A stretch of DNA of 64,000 nt from Gemmatimonadota bacterium (GTDB lineage: Bacteria; Gemmatimonadota; Gemmatimonadetes; Longimicrobiales; Gaopeijiaceae). The position numbers were made by a program, and so were the translations under genes. The stretch lies in NCBI GenBank assembly GCA_041390105.1, contig JAWKQO010000004.1, positions 64,158 to 128,157 of the forward strand, given 5' to 3'. The notes beneath the pieces were generated by a model that worked only from the letters and a program-made list of their open reading frames with translations, did no database searches and had not been told where the DNA came from. This document shows, piece by piece, positions 46,297-54,521 of the stretch (position 1 is the first letter of the stretch; each line of letters opens with the position of its first letter).

Positions 46297-48513
46297 TTGG
46301 GTAGGTTGAAGTCGCTTCGCCCCGCCTCTGTCCCGGACGGGCGCCCAGGTCCAAGTCAGCGAGGAGCCCCTCTGAGCCGTCTGCCGCGCACCGGTGCCGC
46401 GCTGGCCCTGATCGCGCTCGCCATGGCCGAGCCGTCGCGTGCCCAGGCGCCGGCCCCCCGTCCTTCCGTCGTCGATTCCCTCGCACCGGATACGCTCACC
46501 GCCTTCCGTCTGGACTCGCTCGTGGTGGGTGTGCTGCGCACTCCGATCCGGGCCAACGAGTCGCCCTATTCGATCGCCGCCCTCGGAACCCCCGACCTCT
46601 TCGGAGCCAAGGCCGCCAGCTCTCTGGACGAGATGCTGGAGGGCCTACCCGGGGTGGAGATCCAGAACCGCTTCAACGACGGCGTCGGCGAGAGGATCTC
46701 GATCCGCGGATTCGGCTCCCGGGCCACGTTCGGCGTTCGGGGCGTCAAGGTGGTCGTGGACGGAGTTCCGGCGACCATCGCCGACGGGCAAGCGACGCTG
46801 GACCACGTCGACTTCGCGTCGCTGGGACACGTCGAAGCGCTGCGTGGACCCGCCTCCATGGTATGGGGCGGCGCCTCCGGTGGGGTGCTCCTCCTGGAGT
46901 CGCGGCGGCCGCCGGACGGGGACCGCTTCCGCGAGGAGATGCGGCTGGTGGGCGGCAGCGACGGCGCCCTGACGATTCACAGCACCAGTGGCGGCCGCAG
47001 CGGGGCGCTGGGTTGGGTCGCTGCGGCGGGGCTCAGCCGCAGCGATGGATTCCGAACGAATCCGGTCGAGCCTGCGACGACGTTCGGGCACTCGGAGAAG
47101 GCGCAAGGCAACGCCACGCTGGACTACGCGGGTGAGCGGGACCACGTGCGGGCCGCCTTCAACTTCACGCGCATGGATGCAGAGAATCCGGGCTCGCTGG
47201 CCGACTCGGCCTTCCGAGCCGCGACGCGCGAGGCCCTACGCTTCAACGTGATCCAGAACGCATCCAAGCAGATCGACCAGGGGCAGGCAGGCGTCACCTG
47301 GACGCGGGCGCTCGGGAACGGGGCGAAACGTCTCGAGCTGTCCGGCTACGGCATCCTGCGCTCACTCGACAATCCCATCACCACGGTGGTGATCGATCTC
47401 GATCGACGCGCCGGTGGCATCTCCGCCCAATTCAGCGATCGTGTGGAGCACTCCGGACGGACACTGCGCTGGAATGCAGGCACGCAGCTCGACCTGCAGC
47501 GCGACGCGCGCCTCAACCATGTCAACGAGGGAGGTGAGGCAGGCGCGCTCTCCTTGGACCAGATCGAACGCGTGCGTACGGCGGGAGCGTGGGTGAACGG
47601 TCTGCTCGACGTGTCGCGACGCTGGGTGCTGGCCGCGGGACTTCGCTACGACCGCTCGCGCTTCGAGGTGGAGGATCGCTTCATCTCCGACGGCGTCGAC
47701 GACTCCGGCGAACGCGTGATGGACGCTCTCAGTCCCTCGGTGGGATTCCGCTTCGAAGCACGACGGGCCCTCTCGCTGTACGGGAATGTGGCGACTTCGT
47801 TCGTCACGCCCACGACCACCGAGCTCGCCAACCGGCCCGACGGGCAGGGCGGGTTCAACGCCGAGGTCGATCCCACGACCGCTGTCTCGGTGGAGGTGGG
47901 GGCGCGCGGCTGGGTGGGCACCAGGCTGGCCTATCAGGTCGCCTTCTTCCGCACCGCCCTCGAGGGCGAGCTGATCCCGTTCGAGGTGCCTAGCCAGCCC
48001 GGCCGTCGGTTCTTCCGCAATGCGGGCTCCTCGCGCTACTACGGTGCAGAGGCGCTGGTGCACGCTCGACTGGGCGAGCATCTCTCGGCTCGGCTGACCT
48101 ACTCCTATCTGGACGGACGCTACCGCGACTTCGTCACGGACTCGGACGACTTCTCCGAAAACGTGATCCCGGGGGCCGCCCCCCACCGATTGGACGGACT
48201 ACTGCGGATCGAGGACGAGATCGGATTCGTGGAGGTACACGGGGAGGTCGCCGACCGGATCGCGGTCGACGACGCGAACAGCGCTTTCGCCCGCGGCTAT
48301 GGGCTGCTCGACGTGCGCGGCAGCCTGGGCGCCGGCGGGATACGCGTCGGCGGCTCGACATTCACGCCCTTCGCGGGCATCACCAACGTCTTCGATCGCG
48401 TCTACGCCTCGGCCGTCTCCGTCAACGCGTTTGGCGCGCGCTTCTACGAGCCGGGTCCGGGGCGTCGTTTCTATGTGGGACTCACCGCAGGCTGGCCGTC
48501 GGCGGGATTCTGA
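46297..48513 (+). CDS. TonB-dependent outer-membrane receptor
   Basis: Signal ALALIALAMAEPSRAQA. TonB-box-like RLDSLVVGV. Plug domain LEGLPGVEIQNRFNDGVGERISIRGFGSRATFGVRGVKVVVDGVPATIADGQ...VEALRGPASMVWG. Beta-barrel body with terminal F. The start is a TTG (46297) and is uncertain. Confidence 0.85.
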   Translation: MGRLKSLRPASVPDGRPGPSQRGAPLSRLPRTGAALALIALAMAEPSRAQAPAPRPSVVDSLAPDTLTAFRLDSLVVGVLRTPIRANESPYSIAALGTPDLFGAKAASSLDEMLEGLPGVEIQNRFNDGVGERISIRGFGSRATFGVRGVKVVVDGVPATIADGQATLDHVDFASLGHVEALRGPASMVWGGASGGVLLLESRRPPDGDRFREEMRLVGGSDGALTIHSTSGGRSGALGWVAAAGLSRSDGFRTNPVEPATTFGHSEKAQGNATLDYAGERDHVRAAFNFTRMDAENPGSLADSAFRAATREALRFNVIQNASKQIDQGQAGVTWTRALGNGAKRLELSGYGILRSLDNPITTVVIDLDRRAGGISAQFSDRVEHSGRTLRWNAGTQLDLQRDARLNHVNEGGEAGALSLDQIERVRTAGAWVNGLLDVSRRWVLAAGLRYDRSRFEVEDRFISDGVDDSGERVMDALSPSVGFRFEARRALSLYGNVATSFVTPTTTELANRPDGQGGFNAEVDPTTAVSVEVGARGWVGTRLAYQVAFFRTALEGELIPFEVPSQPGRRFFRNAGSSRYYGAEALVHARLGEHLSARLTYSYLDGRYRDFVTDSDDFSENVIPGAAPHRLDGLLRIEDEIGFVEVHGEVADRIAVDDANSAFARGYGLLDVRGSLGAGGIRVGGSTFTPFAGITNVFDRVYASAVSVNAFGARFYEPGPGRRFYVGLTAGWPSAGF

Positions 48514-48527
48514 GCACAACCGGGAGG

Positions 48528-50720
48528 ATGGGCATGGGGGGTGGGCGCGTACGGGCAGGACTCGGTCTACTGATGCTGGTCCTGGGCCTGCCGGCCGGAG
48601 CGCAGGGGCAGAACGGCGGTGCGGGTGGGGCACCCGCGACCCCGGCGCCGGTGGTCCGCGCGATGCGCGTACCCGAGGCACCTACCGTGGACGGCGTGCT
48701 CGACGAGCCCTTCTGGCAGCGGATCGAACCAATCACCGATTTCCGGCAGAGGGAGCCGGTGGACGGCGCGCCGGCCACCGAGCGGTCCGAGGTCCGGGTG
48801 GCGTTCACGGAGGACGCGCTCTACTTCGGACTGCTGCTCCGTGACGGCGAGCCCAGTCGCATCCGTCGCAGCATCCTGCACCGGGAAGGCCGGATCGACC
48901 AGGACGACCGTGTCATCATCGCTCTGGATTCCTACCTGGACCGGCGCAACGCCTACATCTTCGAGCTCAACCCCTTCGGCACCCAGGGCGATGCGCTCAT
49001 CTCGGACGAGAGCATGACCCTCTCGGACTGGGACTGGGAAGGGGTCTACCGTTCTGAAGGCCGCGTGACCGATGAGGGTTGGGTGCTCGAGGTGGAGGTT
49101 CCCTTCACCACGCTTCGCTTCAGCGAGGACGAGACGCCCGAGATGGGGATCGCTTTCTATCGGTCCATCCGTCGCAAGAATGAAGAGGTGACCTGGCCGC
49201 ACATCGGTCAGCAGTATCGCTCGGGAATCTTCCAGGTCTCACGCTATGCGACGCTCGTCGGGCTGGAATCCCTGCAGCGGGCGCGGCACGTCGAGGTCAA
49301 GCCCTACGCGATCGGGGGCCGTCAGAGTCTCGCCGGGACGCAGACCGAGACGCTCTCCGATGCCGGCGTCGACGTGAAGTACGGGATCACCTCCAGCCTC
49401 ACGCTGGATCTGACGCTCAACCCGGACTTCGCCCAGGTCGAAGCCGACAACGTCCAGATCAACCTGACCCGCTTCAGTCTGTTCTTCCCCGAGAAACGCG
49501 AGTTCTTCCTGGAACGCCAGGGACTTTTCCAGTTCGGGGACGCGAGGGAGACGGAGGCCTTCTTCAGTCGCAGGATCGGCCTACCCAACGACATCCGCGG
49601 CGGAGGGCGGGTCACCGGACAGATTGGGCGGCTCTCGATCGGAGCATTGGCCCTGGGTACCGCCGATGCGACCGATGCCAGCGGCGCTCCCCTGCCCGGG
49701 GGCGTGAACTCGGTGGTACGGCTACGCGCCGATGTGCTGCCACGCACCACGGTCGGAGGGATCTTCACGACGTTGGAGTCGGATGCAGGCTACAACCGTC
49801 TGGGTGGCGGCGATCTCCAGATGCGCTTCGCGGGGTCCAGCTCGTTCGATGGCTGGTTCGCGCGAGTGTGGCACGGCCAGGGAAGCCCGAGTTCGGCAGG
49901 GAGCGCCCAGTTGGATCTCCGTAGCGCCACGGCCTCGGCAGGCGCGGGGTTCACCAGCGTGGACTCGGACTACGACCCCGCGCTCGGGTTCGTGCGCCGG
50001 CGCGACATGCGCCGGGTCGACGGAAGCGCAGCCTGGTTTCCGCGATTCGAGTCGAGCCGCTGGGCACGGCGAATGACCATGGCCGTCACGGGTGAGTACA
50101 TCACGGGGCAGGATGGCGACGAACAGAGCACGAGCCTGCTCTCACACAACATGCTGACCTTCCAGAGCGGGGACTGGCTCATGCTGAACGTGCGTCGGCG
50201 CACGGAGATCCTCGAGTCCGCGGCCTCCATCCAGGGGCGCCAGCTGGAGGTGGGCGACTACAGCTTCACGAGCGCCGACGTGAGCTTCCGCACCAACGAG
50301 AGCCGAAACTGGTCGGGCACCGGCGGATTCACCTTCGGGCAGTTCTGGAGCGGTACGCGCCAGGAGCTGACGGGCGGCGTCACCTGGAAGACCGGCCCCC
50401 ACCTCACGGTTGGCGTGAGTGCCACGCGCAACCAGATCGACCTTCCGGTGGAGGACGGCGAGTTTTCCACGACCGTGTTGGGCGTCAATCTGTTGGGCGC
50501 GCTCAGCCGCAGCCTCTTCGCCAATGCCTTGATCCAATACGACGACGTCTCCGATGTGCTCCAGGCGAACGTGCGCATCGACTGGATCCATACGCCCGGT
50601 AGCGACCTCTTCGTGGTGTTCGACACCGGATATCGGACGGGCGACGCCCTGGACCCTCGGGAGAGCCGCTGGGCGCGTCGCACGGGTGTGGTGAAGCTGA
50701 CCTATCTGAAGGCCTTTTGA
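48528..50720 (+). CDS. CBM9-like / DUF5916-type outer-membrane protein, paralogue of 28266-30929
   Basis: Signal LGLLMLVLGLPAGAQG. VDGVLDEPFWQRIEPITDFRQREPVDGAPATERSEVRVAFTEDALYFGLLLRD...IIALDSYLDRRNAYIFELNPFGTQGD...GWVLEVEVPFTTLRF. The block order matches 28266-30929. It ends VVKLTYLKAF. The start may be the second ATG at 48534. Confidence 0.65.
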   Translation: MGMGGGRVRAGLGLLMLVLGLPAGAQGQNGGAGGAPATPAPVVRAMRVPEAPTVDGVLDEPFWQRIEPITDFRQREPVDGAPATERSEVRVAFTEDALYFGLLLRDGEPSRIRRSILHREGRIDQDDRVIIALDSYLDRRNAYIFELNPFGTQGDALISDESMTLSDWDWEGVYRSEGRVTDEGWVLEVEVPFTTLRFSEDETPEMGIAFYRSIRRKNEEVTWPHIGQQYRSGIFQVSRYATLVGLESLQRARHVEVKPYAIGGRQSLAGTQTETLSDAGVDVKYGITSSLTLDLTLNPDFAQVEADNVQINLTRFSLFFPEKREFFLERQGLFQFGDARETEAFFSRRIGLPNDIRGGGRVTGQIGRLSIGALALGTADATDASGAPLPGGVNSVVRLRADVLPRTTVGGIFTTLESDAGYNRLGGGDLQMRFAGSSSFDGWFARVWHGQGSPSSAGSAQLDLRSATASAGAGFTSVDSDYDPALGFVRRRDMRRVDGSAAWFPRFESSRWARRMTMAVTGEYITGQDGDEQSTSLLSHNMLTFQSGDWLMLNVRRRTEILESAASIQGRQLEVGDYSFTSADVSFRTNESRNWSGTGGFTFGQFWSGTRQELTGGVTWKTGPHLTVGVSATRNQIDLPVEDGEFSTTVLGVNLLGALSRSLFANALIQYDDVSDVLQANVRIDWIHTPGSDLFVVFDTGYRTGDALDPRESRWARRTGVVKLTYLKAF

Positions 50721-50829
50721 ACGCCCGCTCCGCCCTCGGCCTCTGCGGCTCGCTCGCGCGCGGAGGCCGGCTCGGTCACTGCGGACGGGGCCGGGTGGCC
50801 CCACTCCCCCAGGGACTTAGCTTTCCTTC

Positions 50830-51876
50830 GTGAGCCGCAACCAGACCGATCTGTTCTCGGGCGAAAACGCCGCCCTCGAGCCGTCCGCGGTGGGGTCCGC
50901 GCCGGTCGAGCCCCTTTTGAGGGAGCTCGCTGCCACGCTCCCGCCCGGCCTGCGCATGGGCACCTCCTCCTGGTCGTTCCCGGGCTGGGCCGGGATCGTA
51001 TACGCGGAACGCGCCCCGGAGGCACTGCTGGCGCGGAAGGGCCTGGAGCCGTATGCCCGCCACCCTCTGCTGCGCGCCGTGGGCATCGACCGCACCTACT
51101 ACGAGCCCATTCCCGCGGTGACCTTCCGTGAGTACGGGGATGCCGTGCCCTCCGGGTTTCGCTTCCTGGTCAAGGCCGATCGGCGCCTGACCATTCCACA
51201 GTTGGCCGGCCCCCAACACCCCCACGGCGCGCCGCCACCACCGGGCGAGCGCGCAGAGCGCGTGCGCGCCCGAGGCGGCATCCATGCGAGCAATCCGCTG
51301 TTCCTCGACGCGACGTACGCGATCCGCGAGGTCATCGAACCTGCACGAGCCGGACTGGGCGACAAGCTCGGCGCGCTCCTGTTCCAATTCCCGCCCTTGG
51401 ATCCGCGGGACGTAGGCGGGGCCGGCGGATTCGCGGGACGTCTGCGACAGTTCCTGGCGGCGCTGCCGGCGGGGCTACCCTATGCAGTGGAGGTGCGGAC
51501 CTCCGCACTGCTTACGCCAGCCTACCGCGACGCACTCAGCGCGTATGGCGCGGCCCACGCCTTCAACGTGCACCCCACCATGCCGCCCATTCGCCAGCAA
51601 CGTCAGTTGATTCCGCTGCCCGCGCAGGGGCCTCTCCTCGTGCGCTGGATGTTGGGACACGGACTCACGTACGAGGACGCACGGGAGCAGTTCGCACCCT
51701 TCGACGCCCTCGTGGCCGAGGATGTGACGTCGCGCCGTTGGATCACGACCGCAGCCGTGGAAGCCCTGGAGGAGGAACGTGAGGTGACCGTGATCGTGAA
51801 CAACAAGGCGGAGGGGTCGTCGCCGCTTTCGGTGTTCAAGCTGGCCCGCATGATCTCGGGCGCTCTCGGCTCATGA
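50830..51876 (+). CDS. DUF72 (UPF0759) family protein
   Basis: RMGTSSWSFPGWAGIVYAE...LRAVGIDRTYYEPIPAVTFREYGDAVPSGFRFLVKA...LLFQFPP...AVEVR. GTG start. The ~40-aa N-terminal extension is uncertain. Confidence 0.8.
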   Translation: MSRNQTDLFSGENAALEPSAVGSAPVEPLLRELAATLPPGLRMGTSSWSFPGWAGIVYAERAPEALLARKGLEPYARHPLLRAVGIDRTYYEPIPAVTFREYGDAVPSGFRFLVKADRRLTIPQLAGPQHPHGAPPPPGERAERVRARGGIHASNPLFLDATYAIREVIEPARAGLGDKLGALLFQFPPLDPRDVGGAGGFAGRLRQFLAALPAGLPYAVEVRTSALLTPAYRDALSAYGAAHAFNVHPTMPPIRQQRQLIPLPAQGPLLVRWMLGHGLTYEDAREQFAPFDALVAEDVTSRRWITTAAVEALEEEREVTVIVNNKAEGSSPLSVFKLARMISGALGS

Positions 51877-52376
51877 AGAGCGTCGCGTGCTTGCTCCTCG
51901 GTTGGCTCCTGAGCGGTGCCTCACCGAGTGCTGGGCTGGGTCAGACTCCCGGAGAACCAGACCTCTTCCGGTTCGGGATCACTCTGGGAAGCACCGCGTT
52001 CTTGGGCATCAGCATGGAGTATGTCCGGGATCAAAGCGCCGTCGAGCTGACGCTGGGGACGTGGGCGCTACGCGACGTCAGCGTTTCGGTGGTGGGAAAG
52101 CAGTACCTGGGCCAGGGCACAGTGCAGGGCTTCGTGGGGCTGGGCCTGTGGAACGTGACCGCCCGCCAGGAGGAGGGCATCGGCAGTGGCCTCATGCTGA
52201 GGGCACCGGTGGGTTTCGAGGTCGAGACCTTCCGTAGGTCGGACATCGGTGCGGAGCTCAACGTCAGCCGAGCGCTGTGGATCCACCGGGCCGATCCCGA
52301 AGACGATACGCCACCGGCCTCGCGCATCGTCCCCTTGCCGGGGTTCTACCTCAAGTGGGCCAGTGTCCGGGACTGA
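51873..52376 (+). CDS. Small secreted hypothetical protein, beta-strand-rich
   Basis: The ATG overlaps the DUF72 stop as ATGA. MKSVACLLLGWLLSGASPSAGLGQ is a signal peptide. Alternating hydrophobic patterns (FRFGITLGSTAFLGISMEY, VSVSVVGKQYLG, FVGLGLWNVTA, LMLRAPVGFEVE). I recognise no family. Confidence 0.5.
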   Translation: MKSVACLLLGWLLSGASPSAGLGQTPGEPDLFRFGITLGSTAFLGISMEYVRDQSAVELTLGTWALRDVSVSVVGKQYLGQGTVQGFVGLGLWNVTARQEEGIGSGLMLRAPVGFEVETFRRSDIGAELNVSRALWIHRADPEDDTPPASRIVPLPGFYLKWASVRD

Positions 52377-52403
52377 GACCCACCCCGGGGACGGAGGTCC
52401 TGT

Positions 52404-54521
52404 CTAGCGGCCGCCCTGGACACCGGGTGCCAGCCCTTCCGGGAGCAGCGCAGCCCGCAGGCGCGCACGCAGCTCCGGTAGGAGGGGCTGCAGGCTGTCC
52501 ACCGCGATCAAGTCCCGTTCCTCCGCCGGATCGTGATCCAGATCGAACAGTTCCTCCACGCCGTCGCCGTTCAGGATGTAGTGGTACGGCCCCACAGCGA
52601 CCGACTTCATCGGACCGCGGGAAACCGGTCCGCTCTGCTCATCCAGAAAGCTGGGAACGACCTGGGAAAAGGCGATGCTCGTCCCCGGGCTCGGCGCCTC
52701 CAGGAGGGATCGTCCCGGGAAGGATGAGGCGGCTCCCGGCTCGATGAGGTCTGCAATGGTGGCGGGCAGGTCGCGCAAGCTCACGGCGGCCTCGATCCGC
52801 TCTCCCGCCGGCACTCTCGGAGGGTACGCGATCACCAGCGGCGCGTGCACCAGTTGGCTGTAGAGGCTGTTGGCGTGGATGACGATGTCGCGCTCGTGGA
52901 AGTGCTCACCGTGGTCGGCCGTGACGATCACGATCGTGTTTTCGAGACGGCCCCGACTCTCCAGCTCCGCGCACAACTCTCCCAAGGCACGGTCCATCGA
53001 CATGATGGCACCGTCGTAGAGGTCGACCTCGGTCTGCTCCTCTTCGGACAGCGCTCTCCAGACCGAGGGCTTCACCATGACGGAGTCCCGCGGGGCAGTC
53101 CCCCCCCGCCCGACGGCCTCCGTCCGGAATCGAGGTTCGTAGGGCCCATGCGCGTCGAAGTAGTTCAAGAACGCGAAGAAGGGCCTGTCTCCGATCCGGT
53201 CCACCCAGCCCAGGAACTCCGTGTTGACGGCTGCTGCGAACTTCCGTCCCGGCCCACGGTCCCCGCCGGGAATGTGCGCACGGATCCGATTGAGGATCCA
53301 GCGGGTGGCGATCGCGGAGTAGAGCCAGGTGTCCAGGCGGACGGGATCGTCCAGGTAGGTGGAGAATCCCCGATCGAGGCCGGAGGCAGCACTGGTGTAG
53401 AGCAGATTCCCCACGAATCCGCCCGTCGCGTATCCGCGGTCGCGCACGTACTCCGCCACGGTGAGATGCTCGTCATCCAAAGGCCGTGCCCATCCGCCCG
53501 ACTGCGCCCAGGGGTACTGTCCCGTGAGCATGCTCGCGTGCGAGGGAAGGGTCCAGGGAGCCGTACTGAAGGCACGGTCGAAGACGGCGCCGCGTCGACC
53601 CAACGCCTCCAGAGTCGGCGTGGTCGGACGAGTGTATCCGTAGAGGCTCAGGTTCTCGCGTCGCACGGTGTCGAGCACCACCAGCAGGACGCTGGGAGCC
53701 CCCCGGGCGGGCACGGGCCCGCCCGAGAGCGAGCGCTGCGCACGGAATCGGTACACGGGCTGCTGCCAAAGAAAGGCGCCCAGCACGAGCAGAGCCAGCA
53801 TGGGCGCCGTAATCCGCACCAGTCGCAGCATTCGGTTCGGATGATCTTGGGCCGACCTCCCCAGGTGGACGCCCAGGCCGAGCGCGAGGATCCACAGCAT
53901 CCGATCGTCGATCCCCAGGCGCATGACCCGCACGGCTCCGTACGCACCAACCGCCACCAGGATCACCACCAGCGCCCGCAGGGAGAGACCGCCGCGGCGC
54001 CCGCGCGCGACGAGGTAGAGGACCAACCCCGAGGCGATGAACAACACGGCAGCGGCGGTCGGCGTCATCCACCAGTAGTCTGGATTGGACCAATACTCGA
54101 AGATCCCCTCACCCCGCCGCGTGAGCGCCCTGCCTCCCGACTCCAATAGACCGAACCCCAGACCGGCCCAGGCACTCACCATGAGAGTCGCGGGCAGCCC
54201 CAGAGTGGGTCCGCTCTGCAGGACCCTTGCACGCAGGGAGTCGAGGGGAGCACGGAAGCGATAGGCCAGCGCCGCAAGCACGAGGCCCGCCACCAGCGCT
54301 GCGGTGGCCGCCAGCGCCGCTTTCCGCCACAGACCGAGGTACACGCGGACCCCGTTCTCGGCCTGTCCCGTGATCAGGGCGTTGAGGGCGGGGAGGCTCT
54401 CGCCCCGGTAGGCGGAGCGGATGAGGTTGGGTACGACAACGAACGCGAACCCGGACCAGCCGATGCTCAGCACCACGAGTGCGGTCACCCACACCCGTCG
54501 TGCGGTCCGGACGTCCGTCAT
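52404..54521 (-). CDS. Polytopic membrane protein with C-terminal sulfatase-fold (alkaline-phosphatase superfamily) domain
   Basis: The N-terminal ~270 aa contain about 8 TM helices. These are followed by SVLLVVLDTVRRENLSLYGYTRPTTPTLEALGRRGAVFDRAFSTAPWTLPSHASMLTGQYP, TADHGEHF and related blocks. The nucleophile position reads T-L-P-S-H rather than the C/S-x-P-x-R of true sulfatases. Confidence 0.8.
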   Translation of the reverse strand: MTDVRTARRVWVTALVVLSIGWSGFAFVVVPNLIRSAYRGESLPALNALITGQAENGVRVYLGLWRKAALAATAALVAGLVLAALAYRFRAPLDSLRARVLQSGPTLGLPATLMVSAWAGLGFGLLESGGRALTRRGEGIFEYWSNPDYWWMTPTAAAVLFIASGLVLYLVARGRRGGLSLRALVVILVAVGAYGAVRVMRLGIDDRMLWILALGLGVHLGRSAQDHPNRMLRLVRITAPMLALLVLGAFLWQQPVYRFRAQRSLSGGPVPARGAPSVLLVVLDTVRRENLSLYGYTRPTTPTLEALGRRGAVFDRAFSTAPWTLPSHASMLTGQYPWAQSGGWARPLDDEHLTVAEYVRDRGYATGGFVGNLLYTSAASGLDRGFSTYLDDPVRLDTWLYSAIATRWILNRIRAHIPGGDRGPGRKFAAAVNTEFLGWVDRIGDRPFFAFLNYFDAHGPYEPRFRTEAVGRGGTAPRDSVMVKPSVWRALSEEEQTEVDLYDGAIMSMDRALGELCAELESRGRLENTIVIVTADHGEHFHERDIVIHANSLYSQLVHAPLVIAYPPRVPAGERIEAAVSLRDLPATIADLIEPGAASSFPGRSLLEAPSPGTSIAFSQVVPSFLDEQSGPVSRGPMKSVAVGPYHYILNGDGVEELFDLDHDPAEERDLIAVDSLQPLLPELRARLRAALLPEGLAPGVQGGR

